From the NCBI RefSeq assembly GCF_009914755.1, contig NC_060930.1: a stretch of DNA of 64,000 bases; one strand, written 5' to 3'. The DNA comes from the human T2T-CHM13v2.0 reference genome, Homo sapiens. Of the stretch, positions 23,462-39,455 are shown piece after piece. Position numbers and translations under genes: made by a program. The notes beneath the pieces are model-generated. The model was not told the DNA's origin. It saw only the letters and a list, made by a program, of their open reading frames with translations, and did no database searches. Within the stretch, counting starts at the first letter, position 1; every line of letters starts with the position of its first letter.

Positions 23462-26400
23462 CAGTTTATGCAAAACTGTTTTGCATAATAGCAAAAACAG
23501 TTTTTTTGCAAATAGCAAAAACAAAATCAACATGATGTTACATCCCTGTTTGCCTAGTTCCAAAAGAAGACATGAAACTGGAAGGGCCAAATGACAAATG
23601 ACACAAGAGGTGGGCTGTTCTGTCATTGAGGAGCCAACTCCACACTACAGCCATGCAATTTTATAGCCTGCGTCTACCCAAAGGGCAGATGTAGAAAGTC
23701 CTATGCCTCACTGGAACCAGAGAAGTGATAGATGAGAAACTACCTCACAGCAGCTTCCCACAATAGAAGTAACTTCCATCTAGTTGGGGAGGCTGATGAT
23801 AAGTGGCCTTGTGACAATTCCTCACAAAACTGCCTCTTCACATATAAATATAATATAATTATAATTATAATATGATATATTACAGGGAATTCTGCCATAC
23901 AGGGGATTCTGGGAGGATCACAGGGCATTCTACCATAATGGATCAGAGTGCAACTGAGTCTTGCCTGTGTGGCCTATGTGCAGATCTGCAAAGTTGCCAG
24001 GGTGCCATAGAAGAGCCACTGTCCTCCACAAATCATATGATTATTTTACTCTGTTTGTTTCAGTAATTAAACCTCTTCTCTAAATACATTATATAATAGT
24101 CTGAAGTGATGATTTAAAATAGTGATAATAGTAGACTTGAATTTCTCAGATATAATACACATTTTTCTTTGATATATATTTCTGCCATGTTACTAACAGG
24201 CTTTAATTAAAAATAAGTATAAAATATTAGCATCTACCCATTTAGCAACTAGTAGATGCATATGGTTCTTTTCTCCTTTAATTTGTGTCATGAATTCCAT
24301 TTATAGTTTTTATCATTAGCAACAATAGAAGCCATAATAATGGAAAAATATCCTGAAAATGCTGTGGCAAAACATTTTTCAATCTAGAATTCTATGCACT
24401 GCTAAACTACAACTATAGGATGAGAGTAAAATAAAGACATATAGACAAAGACTGAAAAATTTTACAACTCACAGAAAGACACTTAAGTTAATGTATAGTA
24501 AAAGAAAATATTTTCACCATTTGGATTTCAGAAATCTAAAAGTTTTATAACACACTGTTAGAACATAAGGAAATGAGCAATGAAATAAATTATTGATAGA
24601 TGTGTAATTTGTTGCAGCCGTCTGTGAAGAGCAATTTAGAAGTGTCCATTAATATTTAAACACAGATACTTTTGACCCGCAAATTCAACGAAGAGATTTT
24701 CACCTGTAGTTACACTTGCACTGGTGTGGGCTGAAGTATATGCAAGAATATTCATTGCTACATTGTTAATAGCAAAGAAAGAAATCAATAATATAAAACA
24801 TATAGCATTTAATATGGTGAACACCCTGTTAAGAGTGCTTTACATATGTTAACTCATTTATTAACTCTCCCAACAATCCTCTGAGGCCAGAACAATTATC
24901 ATCCCACATGACAGATGAGGAAACTGAGGAGCAAAGCTGTTAAATAATGTGGCAGGCACTGTTATGTGTCTTTTACCTCTTGTGGAAAAGACAGTCTTAT
25001 ATGTTGACAAACCCATTTTTCTTTTCCTGAGCTACTGGACTGCTCATTCCCATCATCCTTTGAAGTCACCTTCTGTGCCTCCACTGAACAGCCTGCATTA
25101 GATGGTGATGCCAGTAGGAAGTAAACATTTGCTTTCTTAAACCACTGAGATTTTGTACAGTTTACTTGTTAACACTGTAAAGTCTAGCTTACTCTGACTC
25201 ATTCAGAAATTGGTACCAGAGGTGGAGTACTACCTTAACAAAAAACTAAAATAATTCTCCTGTCATTGCTCCATGAAAAAATCATGGGGGCAGTGAAGAT
25301 AATGCAGTATGAACTGTATTTCAGTGAGGATGGGGCACAAACTGGATGCAGACAAGTAACAGCCAATTAGTTTTCAAGGGTAATGTGGCATGTTTCACTT
25401 CTTTGTTGTCTGGGCCAAACTCCATTTTAAGATCCCTACTTCTTTATTCACCTGTATGTACTTTAAAAAGAGCTCTAAAAGCAAAAAACTCAGTTTTCAA
25501 GCCTCCTTGCAACTAATGTGGTCTTGATGCACATTTCTGGCCAGGAACACATAAGGATTTTCTGATTTGAGAGTTGATGTGAACTCTGGATATGCACCCA
25601 ATGATTATGAAACAAAAAAATGAGGAGGGAAGTCAAAAGACTTGGCATAGGTGTATTAGCCTAGAGGTGACAGATAAACTGAAAATCTCAGTGGCTTACA
25701 AAAATAAAGATGTATATCTTGTTCACACTACATTCATTGAGATTGGCTGTAGCCCTTCTCCATGTCATCTTCCTGTCAAGATCTAGGTCAGTAAGGTGGA
25801 TTCTATGTGGAAGATGGGTGGTTGCATTATGGAGAGAAAATAAATAATTTGGTGAGCCATGAACTGATGGTAAAAGTTTATTGTGGATGTGACTCATGTG
25901 ACTTCTATTCACATTTTATTGACCAAAGTAAGTCATATAGATATGCCTGATGCCAATTGCCTAGGAAAGTATCACCATCCCAGAAGGAAGGGCAGAGATA
26001 TTTGTAATTAAAAATACAATTCATCACAATCCAAACTTCTGATCACAAATATTCAGTTCATGCTCCTTTCCACACACAAAATATATTCAATGGGTGCCCC
26101 CTCCCACTCCAAGAAAGAAAACCCAAAAGTCCTATCCAGTCACAGCATCAGCACTGAAGTGCAGGATCTCATGACAATCTCTGCGTAAGTCTGGATTTGG
26201 GTCCTTTTGTTCTGAAACCAATAAAATGACGTCTGCCCCACCTCTACTCTACCGCACAACCGCATGTACAACAGTGGAACAGGAATAGGATAGCTACAAA
26301 AATAGGAAACAGAAAATACTCACTTGTTGGAGGAAATTATGAAATCATCCAGGGCAGATATTGTAAAGTTTTTCTACACTGGATGTGTACTGACTGATTC

Positions 26401-28889
26401 CTTGCTTAGTCCATAGTTCTTCATCCTCAGAACAGCTCGTTGTTTTCCATGGCCTTTGGCTCCACCTTCTGGGGAATCTTTTCTTTTCCATTATTCCTTT
26501 TGGCCACATTTGAAGAGGACATTGGATATGCCCCTCCTTAGGAACTGAGCATCTTTCACTGTCCATCTTCTGCCAAAAAAATTGAAAATAAATAAAATTT
26601 AAAAATTGGTATACCAGGGTAAACCAATATATTTTTTGAGTCCTGAAGTTATGGTCTCCTTTAGTCCAGACTGATTTGTACAACTCTCAAGGCCCTTTAC
26701 ATTGCCTTGCTTACAACCAAGTTTGCATGCTAACTTTACTTGCCACCCCTCCCTTCCCAATTAATTTGAAGATGTGCTCTTCTCTCTTCAAATCTTTCTC
26801 TCGACTTAATTTTGGGCACTTCAAGCCTATCAGATTCCCATGGGAAAGCCATGTTCTTTGTCTCATTTTTCTGAGCCATTTTATTGAATCAAAAGTATTT
26901 ACTAGATACTATCTTAATTCAGAGGTTTGAACAACAAACATGAACAACCTCATTGTTTTGACTTTAGTTCTTGTCATGAGAATGACTTTTAACAAGTTTT
27001 TTGTTTCTTAAGTCATTTCTCAATTGAGATGAAGTTTTTTTCTTCCAAACCTAAAAGTCTAGATATTCTGAAACTGGCCAATTATTTTTGGGCCTCCTAT
27101 ATTTTTGGAGAACTTTGTCAAATGCAACCAATAGTAACAAAGGCACACTACTAACAGCCAATATCTCAACCACTTCACCCAAAGCAAGAAGCTCATTAGA
27201 TATATTATCAGCTTTCCAAGTTGCTTTGGGCAAAAGTTTAATGTATTTCAAAGGTTATGCTTCTAGCCTCCAAAATTTTTTTTCCTTTGCCTCCTGATAA
27301 GTCCTGAAACCAACACTACACGCATTTTGGACTTTTGTTTGTTCGTTTGTTTCTCTTGTGGTAGCATTTGACTTCCAGTACTAATTTTTTTTAAACCAGT
27401 CAGAACAGGGTAGGTTATGCTGCAGTAGCAAATAATCCCCCAAATCTCAATAGTTTACAAGAACCTCCTTCATTCTACATATGCAATGGACAGCTGTTGC
27501 TCTGTTCCACATCATCTTCACAATAGCACTGGATTGATAGGACAGCTTCCATCTAGAACATAATAAGTCTCATGACAGAAAAGAGAGAGCATTGAAAAAG
27601 TTTTTGACTGGAAATGACACATCATTTTGGCTCAAATTACAGTAGTCAAATTAAACCACATAAACAATTTTGATATTAATGAAGAAGGGAAATATAATCC
27701 TTCCTCAAGAGAGGGGAAGAAAATATCTGTGTACAAATCATTGGTGGATCAAAAAGTAGAGCGAGCTTCGATCCTTGTTGTCATCATTATATCACTGCCT
27801 TACTTTTGAGCTGTCTAAACCAGTGTTTCCAGTTCATGAGTTCAGCTATTCTAATTTACTACTTAACTCACATGTTAAGGTTTTGGTTTTCTTCAGTGAC
27901 AGTAATTATCAGGTTTCTTTACACATCTCATGCATAACTGTTTGGTCTATTCCTATTCACTCTTTTTGCTATTATAGTCATCATTTCTATTATTTCTTCT
28001 TGTGTTCACTTATCTGAAAATATGAGGATGGCTATTTGAATTTCCTTAACTCATGGTAGATTGTTTCCACATTTGCTTTATAATTTCTGATGGTGAGAAC
28101 ATAGTAAATGGAAATTTACTTGAGGGTGCTCTAATGGCTAGGAATTTAGCGATTAACACTTTTGAGATGATTTCTGTTTGTTTCTGCTAAGTATCACCAA
28201 ACTAACTATTTTTGTGTTCATTTCATGGCTTTCCAGGTCATGTACATATTGTACATTTGAATCCTAAAACAAAGCAAGTACAAACTGGTATTTATGCACT
28301 CTCAACATGGGCTAACAGAGAAAACCTATCTTGTCTCCCAGTCCCAATAAACATATGTTTTCTAGTTTACCTGCCACTGCAGCTATGGCTTTTTGTGCAT
28401 CCTGGCTTTATGCAGAGTGACAAGGGGGAAAAGAGACTCATTGAGGAAATTTTAACTGTAATGTCAAATAAAGAAGGACATTAGATTGGTACATGTAACT
28501 AGAAAAAAATATGTTTTATTCTCTTGAGTTGTTGGCATGATGTTTTTTAAAGTAGGGTGATACATGATGGACATTGTGTGATAAGAGTTGGTTTTGACTT
28601 GACAATGTAGCTGAATGTAATTCAGGATAGGAAATATAATAGTCAGTTACCTCTATTTCTATTGTGTAGGATGACCTTGGAAGTAGCAGTCATGACCAAT
28701 TTTAGAAAAATTATAAGATAATAATAAAAAAGACTTGAAGGGAAAGAAGCCATCTTTCTGCCCTCAAATAGATTCATAGCAGCAAAGGCAAATATAGGAG
28801 AAGTGGGCCAATGAAGATGAAGTCAGGAATGCTTTGATGTGCCTCCAATCTCCTCTTCAGTAAGACTAGCCATGCCTATCTTTAACCAT

Positions 28890-29718
<829 letters not shown>

Positions 29719-32700
29719 TGATGACAAACTAAGATTAAGAACAAGGTTCACGTCTTCATAAAGTGAAGAGTGATGATGTGTCAGCACGAAGGGCCAAGTT
29801 TATTTTATTGGCTATCATGCTGGGATTGGGGTTTTCATTGTATCAAGTTAAAGGTTGTGTCTTACATATGTCAGGCATATATGATGCCTCAGGCAGAAAG
29901 CCACATTGAACCAACTTCAGGAAAGAAAGCAACTGGGTTAGGGAGCTCACCAAACAGAAAGAACAATGGATGTAGCAAGAACAGCTCCAGACATCTCATG
30001 GTCTAGAATTCAAGATTTTAATCTCATTCTCTTCCTCCCCCTTTCCTTCCTCTCCCTTCTTTTTTCCCCTTCTTTTTCTCCCTCTCATTCTCTCTCCTTT
30101 CCTTTTTCTTTCTCTACTCTTTCCTCACTCATGACCCCAAACGGCTCTAATTTCTGCTGTTTTCTTGCCCATCACGTTCCTTCAGTTAGTCTTTTCTAGG
30201 AGAGAAAAGCCCTTTGCCTGGCAGTCTGGAGTGTCATCCTTATATCTTTACTATAAGAGAAGAAGAGGTATTTGGGTTCAGCCTCCAGATCAGAGAATCT
30301 CCTGAAGGACTTTTATTGGCTTAACTCTGGTCACTTCCCTAATTCTTGAACATATCATCCCAGCTGATGGAGGTAGAGTTCTCCCATTGGCCAAGCTTGT
30401 AGGAACCTTTGGTAACTTGGAGGGCTCTAAGACCATAAAACAAGAGTTTTCCAAAGCACTAATTATGTCTCACTAGTGAAATCAATTTGAATTGATATGA
30501 ACAATATATTTTTTAAATGAGATATATAATAGGATAAATCAAGGCCTTATTCAATAAAATTAAAAATTTCAGAGTGTATTTCACTCTGAAATAAAGGTAA
30601 CTGTTTTGTAAGTATTCTATTTTATTTATATGTGTTTGTGTTTCTGAGTATGTCCTGAGTTGCACGATAATACTATATTTCTTATTGGGTAACATTGTCA
30701 GAAAAGTTTCTAAAAACTTTCTCTGCTGCACTTATTTTATACATTTTATTTATGTTAATAATCTCACATTTAACACACTTATGATTTATTCTCAACAGAA
30801 AAAGGTGGTATTTCTTTCATTTAGTCTTTTAAAAAGCTCACATTATCAAATGATTGCTCAATCATTTAATCTCTTTGCTTCTCTTATATGCATTGATTTA
30901 ATAAATATGTATACTAGTTTCTCCATCGATTCTTTAGATTTGAAACTTATTTTCCTTTTATTCTTACAAAACTGACTTGTCTATAGGCCCACTTCTACTT
31001 CCTTTATTCTATCATCTTCCTCAACTTATTCTGTGGTCAAAGAATGGAGAAATAATATTAATAATATGTTTTTCTCATCAATGACTTCCACCTGTTCTCT
31101 GAGAAATTCAGCTTCAAGAACTTTAGTTTGATATGACTGCAAAGATAATACACAGTCTAAATCACAAAAATGTCTCAAAGGTTTTTTTTTTATTTGTTTC
31201 TTTGAAATATCCATGAACAGGCATGTTTCTCCCCTGTAGTGCAATTTGTGTGAAATTCTGGCATGCACTTAAGAGGATGTCCTAAAATACCAATATTTAA
31301 TTGATTCTAAGTCATGTATTGTATCACATTTTTGCCCATGGATTGTTGAAATCCATGGACAAAACTGATAGCATTTTAGAACTTCCTTTGTCTAGTGGCA
31401 GTCTTGATATATTCACACTATCTATTGACAAAAAATCTAAAGCACCAGGCTCAAAGCTTGTAGAGTAGGTGTCAGTGATTTGGAGGACATCTCTAGGGCA
31501 ATAGTAGAGGCATTTTTAACCCCTAACAACTAAATGATCATCAGAAGTGAGTGATATCCTCACTCATGACCCCAACTGCTCTAATTTCTATTGTTTTCTT
31601 GCAGAAATGAGAGCAGGTGGGGTCATGGGTGAGGAATGAGGTGTTGAAAGTGAATGGGGTGTTGAAAGCAAGGTGTTTAGCAGTGTTCTGAAAGCATACA
31701 TTTAAGTAGGCTATCCGGGCACTGTCAATAGCTAAGTGTCAAGCTAAGTACTCTATTTTATTCTAAGAACTATTTTTAGAAATGCTGAATCAACAAATCT
31801 CAGATGGCACAGAGGTTGTCATTTTTGAATAATATGAATATCAGTAATTTTAGTTGGAAAAGAAGATTTTCAAAGAGCCATCTAAGTTTCCAAAATAAGT
31901 GTTGCAGTCATATTAACTATTATATTTTCCTGCCTGTTGATCTACTGCCTGTGAATTGCTTATCAAACCAACAACCAACTGGAATACATAGACTGCATGT
32001 CTTGTTCATTTCCTGCATTCTCAAGTAATGGTTTAACAAACTCATGAGCTTACTCTTTAATCTGAACCATGCTTAACTTCAATTATGTTGATTTAGTCTA
32101 AGGATGCAGAATTTATTTTATAGTTATGTAGGAACTGGAATCCAAAATGTAATATGCCTCCAAGCTTTTCTTTGTTGGCCTCTGAAGGAGCATCACCTCT
32201 ACAACTTCAACGTTGTTATGAATACCTCTGGGGAGGTGTTCACCTCAGGACCCAAATTTGGAAAAAGGGAAGTGCCACTTTGGAGGAGTGCTCTGAGCAG
32301 CTGATCCATTAAATGTCCCGATCACATGCACGTGGAAGTGTCATTGCAATATCTGCACTAACAGAAGCTCAGTGACTTGAGAAGTGAGTCTGGAATTCTA
32401 AGAAAAAGGCAAGGCATCTCTCTTGCCACTTGTTATTTTTCCAGTCAAGCAACTGTGATAAGAGGGCATGGAGAGCAGGAAGAAGTGAAAAATCCCAGGA
32501 AAGTCTGGAGTGGAATCATTAAACCAATTCTGCTCCCTCTCTAGGCCAACTTGGGCCTATTATGAATAAGGAGGTCTCTTATAATCCATCTAACTCCACT
32601 CAGGAACAATTTGGGGATCTGAGACTGTGAACTCAGTGGGCAAAAAAATATTTCTTGGCCTATCATTATTCTCTGTAGGATGTTAAGGACAGGTTTCTGT

Positions 32701-32973
32701 ATGTGGAGTCCTCAGTTTTTGCCTTCTCTCCTTGAGATATTTTTATGCTATTTAGTAATTGATGGCCACAGTTGATCGACCACATTTCTGGGCAACTCTA
32801 ATAATCCTTGTTATATTAATCATTGGACCAATCTTGATTGTGTATGACCATCATCTTGTAGCTACCACCTCTATGTGGATGCTCTCCTCACCCTGCTTAA
32901 GTGCCAATGTCTGTGCTATGGGCCTACCTGTCACATGGATAATCTCTTCACTCCAGTCAGGCTCCAACATTAA

Positions 32974-33573
<600 letters not shown>

Positions 33574-33589
33574 TAAAAAGTCTTTATAA

Positions 33590-33956
<367 letters not shown>

Positions 33957-35023
33957 TTACAACACTTCTGTGAATCACGAGACAGTTTTGAATGCTAAAT
34001 GTCAGTTAACAGATCTAAAGGGACCAACATCTGCTTTCCCAAATTATATGAAAGAAGATCCTGATCCCTCATCAGGTGAAACTCACATCAGACAACAGTG
34101 TCTGCATTTCTCCAAAACCCGCCTCAGCCCCATGGCCACTTTCCAGGGTTATCCTGCCTACCAAGCACTCTCTTTCCTCAGAAAAACTTGGGGGAAAATG
34201 TAGAATAATAATTTTTTAAAGTTCTGACCAACTTCTTGAATCACTCAGCATGTTTTTGACTGCAGGTACAGAAAACGCTGACTCAACAAATTTAAACACT
34301 ATATAAATTTCTTATCTCCCCAAACAGGACATCAAAGGCAGAAAGGTTCCAGAGCAGGGTGATCAGAGCTCTGGCTCCACTGCCCTCAGTCTTCTTGCCT
34401 CTGCTCTCCTTCACAGCAGGCTTTACCCCCCATGCTGGTCACAGTTTCAAGTGTCCATGCAGACACAAGTTAAAGGCAGGAAGAAACAGTGCGTTTCTCT
34501 TGGAGATCAAGGAATGCCTTTCCAGAAAACTCCCCCTTATGTCTCATTTGCCAAAACTTGGCCTAGTCTCAGGTGCTGCCTGAGCTAATCAGCTACAGAA
34601 GAAGGGACCACATGACTGGTGTGGACCAGTCAGAATTCACCACATGAAGCTAGTAATGTGGCTCACACTTCCCAGGGGGATATGGCCAGGTAGCAGACAG
34701 TGGATCGCTGAACAGAATACTGATAGATTTCAGCACCAAGGTTAGAATGGCTACCACACCTAATCCCACCCTATCCCCGTTTCCTTCTTTAATTTTTTCC
34801 ATAGCACTTATCAGTAGCTGACAAACTGTATATGTTTTTACTTTTTTATTGTCTGTAGCTCCCAAGTAGAATACAAACATCTGAAACTCACTGTATCCAT
34901 CCTGAGTAATGTTCTTTTCAGCTCAGTCACAATCATTTTTTGATAGCCTATCCTATAAGCTTAACTTATAGTGTTAATCAGTATTAATACATCTTAGTGG
35001 GAAAGAAGGAAAAAATAAACGAT

Positions 35024-35055
<32 letters not shown>

Positions 35056-35711
35056 TTTACGTAACAGAGCAAGTGTGAAAATACCTAAAGGCTTTATAGC
35101 TCCTTTTGTCAATGGATACATGACAGCATTTTTGGCATTCTTTACTACTCTTATTCTATGCTCCATTTGTCTTCAGTCAGCACCTCAGCTGCCCTTATGT
35201 TTTACTTGGTAAGGCAAATTCCTAAATGAGCCTGGTAATTAGTCATCCAGCTTATAGGAAGGTACTATAGTTTTTCATTAACTTTTTCACTGGGCTTGAG
35301 AGTAGTAAGGACTCCCAGAGAATTCCTTGTGTTCCAAAAGTACTTCTCCTTGACATCTTGGTATAGGATTAATAACTGTTTACCTTTGATAATCAGGAAG
35401 AATGACTCCAGCTAGTACAGTTACGTGATGCCTATACATTCCTTTTTTTCTGGGAAAAATGTAATGTGAAATTAAGTGCAAAAACCATGCCTTGTTTATG
35501 TATGTATCAAACACTTCTAGAGCTTTCCCAATACAGTTCTCTTCTCAGCAAACAAGAGGACTATACCCTCATCCCCACCCCTGCACTTAGGTGTAGCCAA
35601 TGTGTTGTAACTTAAAGAGGAGAGGGCACTGGATGAAGGGAAATCTGTCTAACAAGCTTCTTTATTTCACCTAGTGGAAAAAAGCCTTAATCTGCAGTGG
35701 GGCAGTTTTCA

Positions 35712-36135
35712 AGGACATAGACTGAATTGGCTCATGCATTTATGGAAGATGAGGAGTCCCATGATCTGTAATCTGCAAGCTGGAGACCCAGGAAAGCTGG
35801 TGGTATGATTCAGTCTGAATCTGAAGGCCTGAGAACCAGAGGAACTGATGATGTAAATCCCAGTTCAAGAGCAGGAGACCAGATGAGATGTCCCAGCTCA
35901 AGCAGTGAGGCAGAAAAAAAGGCCCAAATTCCCCCTTCCTCTGCCTTTTCTTCTATTCAGACCCTGAATATCAGGTGGCATAATGCCATCCACACTGGGA
36001 AAGACAGTTTACTTTACTAGGATCACCTATTCAAAGGCTAATCTCATCCAGAAACACGCTCACAAACACAGCCAGAAATAATGTTTAACCAGATAGCTGG
36101 TTATCCCCTGACTCAGTCAAGTTGACACAAAAAAT
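35712..36135 (-). mobile_element. MLT2 LTR fragment, then old L1M to about 37100
   Basis: gaattggctcatgc...gtcccatgatctg...cagtcaagttgacacaaaa. Confidence 0.7.
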
Positions 36136-37191
36136 GAACTATTTCAAAGCTTACTGTAATCAACAGTTTTGTCAAAAAGATAGACACAAATCAGTGGAAT
36201 GAGATAAACAGTCTAGAAATAAACCAACAAAAATATTGCCAACTAAGGCAAAGGTAATCAATGGAAAAAAGATAGTCTTAGCAACAAATAGTACTGGAAC
36301 ACCACAATGTGTTAATAAAGTGAAACTGGAGACATCTCTCACACCTTATACAAAAGTAACTAAAAATAAATCAAAGGACTAGATGTAATGTATCAAACAT
36401 TACATCTTTTAGAATGTATCAAACATTACAAGCTTTTAGAATAAAATATAGAAGAAAATTTACATGATCTAAGATTTGGCCCCAATGAAGTTTTAGCTAT
36501 AATAACAAAAGTATTAGTCATGGAAGAAAACAAAATTGATAAGTTCAGGTGGGCTAAATTAAGGGAAAAAAATCACTTTGCAGTAGAGAAACCTGAAACA
36601 TTACCTAAACCACATGATGAAGGTTAATATCAGTGATGTCATGTGGATATCATGTTCTCCCTAAAATGATGTGACAAGAAGGGCCCTTTGCCCTTGTGGT
36701 ATTATTTCAAAAAATCTATAACTCCGGTGTAATTATGAAAAAAAAGCAAATGATCTTCAGGACTGTTAAGGTCATGAAAAGCAAGAAAAGACTGAGACAT
36801 TGTCACAGACAAAAAAAGACTAGGGAGATATGACAAGAAAATGCAGTGTGGTATTCCAGATTGGACCTTGGAACAGAAAGAAAACATTAGTGGAAACAGT
36901 GGTGAAATCCACATAAAGTCTAGGGTTTGGTTAATAGAGTTTCATGTATCAATGTGAGTTGCTTATATTTGACAAATGTATCATAATAATGTAAAATCCT
37001 AACAATGGGGGAAAGCTAGGTGAAAGATATATGGGAACTCTCCTGTACTGTCTTTGTACTATCTTTGCAACTTTCCTGAAAATCCAAATTATTCTAAAAC
37101 AGAAAAGTTCATGCTATTAGAAGTGAGGATAGAGGTTACCTTGAAGAAGCTGAGGTCTAGAAGAGACCATGAAGGGTCTAATTAGCTAACA

Positions 37192-37402
37192 CACGTTGAG
37201 TATCCCTTATGCTTAGAACCAGAAGTATTTCAGATTTTTTCAGATTTGGAATGTTTGCATTATACTGAGTATCTCAAATCCAAAAATCCAAAATCTGAAA
37301 TACTCCATGAGCACTCCTTTGAGAATCATGTTAGCATTCAAAAAGTTGCAGATTTTGGAGCATTTTGAATTTCCAATTTTTAGATTAGGAATACTCAACC
37401 TG
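37192..37402. mobile_element. Tigger-derived MITE (MER46A/Tigger4a-like)
   Basis: TIRs cacgttgagtatccct ... aggaatactcaacctg. Confidence 0.7.
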
Positions 37403-37650
37403 AGTAGAGGCTGCCTGCTAATTACCTGGGAGCTAATTACATGGATATGTCATTTTGAGAAAGTTTAGCTTGCTGATATGGATGATTTTCTGGATAAAAA
37501 TTATACTTTGATAACAATTCTTTTAAAGGAGACAATAGTTATTAACTTTTAAGTACTTTTTAGCTCTACAATTCAGAATTCTTTAGTGCTAAATATTACA
37601 TATTTTGAAACAAAAGTTTTGTTTATATTTATTTATTTGTTCCCCCCCCC

Positions 37651-37942
37651 TTTTTTTTTTTGAGACAAGTTCTCACCTTATTGCCCATGCTATAGTGCAG
37701 TGGGTGATTATAGCTCACTGCAGCCTCAAACTCCTGGACTCAAAGGATCCTCCTGCCTCAACCTCCCAAGTAGCTAGGAGTACAAGCATGCACCACCATA
37801 TCCAGCTAATTTTTGTTTATTTCTACAGAGGCAGGGTCTCACTATGTTGCCCAGGCTGATCTCAAATTCCTGGCCTCAAGTATCCTCCCACCTCTGCTTC
37901 CCAAAGCGCTGGGATTACAGGTGTAAGTCATTGCACCCAGCC
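37651..37942 (-). mobile_element. AluJ
   Basis: Diverged antisense Alu. Confidence 0.85.
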
Positions 37943-38550
37943 AAAAGTTTTATTTTAAACTTATTATTATGAGCATGTAACAGATTTATGTGGTTTGAAA
38001 TTCAAACCTACAAAAGAAAATAATAAAAAGCTAACAGATAGACAAACAAAAACAAAAGCAAAACCCCACTTGGCCATGCTCTCTAGTTCCTCATTTCTCT
38101 CTTGGAAGAAACCAGAGCAATGTTCCCTGTGTATCCTTCCAGAGATAATTTTTTAAAATACTTTTTTCTTTTTAACAGAAGAGATGGTAGACTACTTCTT
38201 TTAAATTAAATTAACATACATTTACTTGTTTCTTTTTATTGCTATAGAAAATGAAGTTGGGGAAACAGGAAAAATGACCTAGTATTATCATACTAACATA
38301 CCAAAATTTTTCAGTTATATGTATTTCCTGTTTCAGTTTTTACCCCACCTGTTTTTTATTTGGTTTGAAATCATAGTACAGATAAAAACTTGAGGCAGGT
38401 ATTTTAGACTTGTTTTTCTTTTGTAACATAAAACTTTGAGAGCACCAGGAAATCTGGAAATATTCATTTAGTTATTCATAATTCAAAATATTGTTATATC
38501 CACTTTGTGTCAGACTATTTGTTAAGAACTAAACTAAAAGAAAAAGATGG

Positions 38551-38841
38551 GGCTGGACATGGTGGCTCACACCTGTAATCCCAGCACTTTGGGAGGCTGA
38601 GGTGGGTGGATCACCTGAGTTTGGGAGTTCGAGGAAAGCCTTGCCAACACGGTGAAACCCTGTCTCTACTAAAAATACAAAAATTAGCCAGGTGTGGTGA
38701 CACACGTCTGTAATCCCAGCTACTCAGGAGGCTGAGGCAGGAGAATCACTTGAACCCAGGAGGTGGAGGTTGCTGTGAGCCGAGATCATGCCACTGCACT
38801 CCAGCCTGGGCAGCAAAGCAAGACTCCATCTCAAAAAAAAA
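38551..38841 (+). mobile_element. AluS
   Basis: Full Alu. Confidence 0.9.
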
Positions 38842-39050
38842 GATGATAACACCCTCTGGGAGATTACATTCAGATAGAACAAATAAAGGTGTAGAACCTA
38901 AGATGTGACAAGGACACTGTTGGGTGACTGATTCTTCCTGGGAACATTTATAAAGGCTTCCTAGGGGAGGGCGTGTTTGTGTAAGAGCTTTCCAGGTCAG
39001 AAAGTATGTACAGTGGAAAATGTATATGAAAAGACCGTGTTTGGGAATCA

Positions 39051-39455
<405 letters not shown>

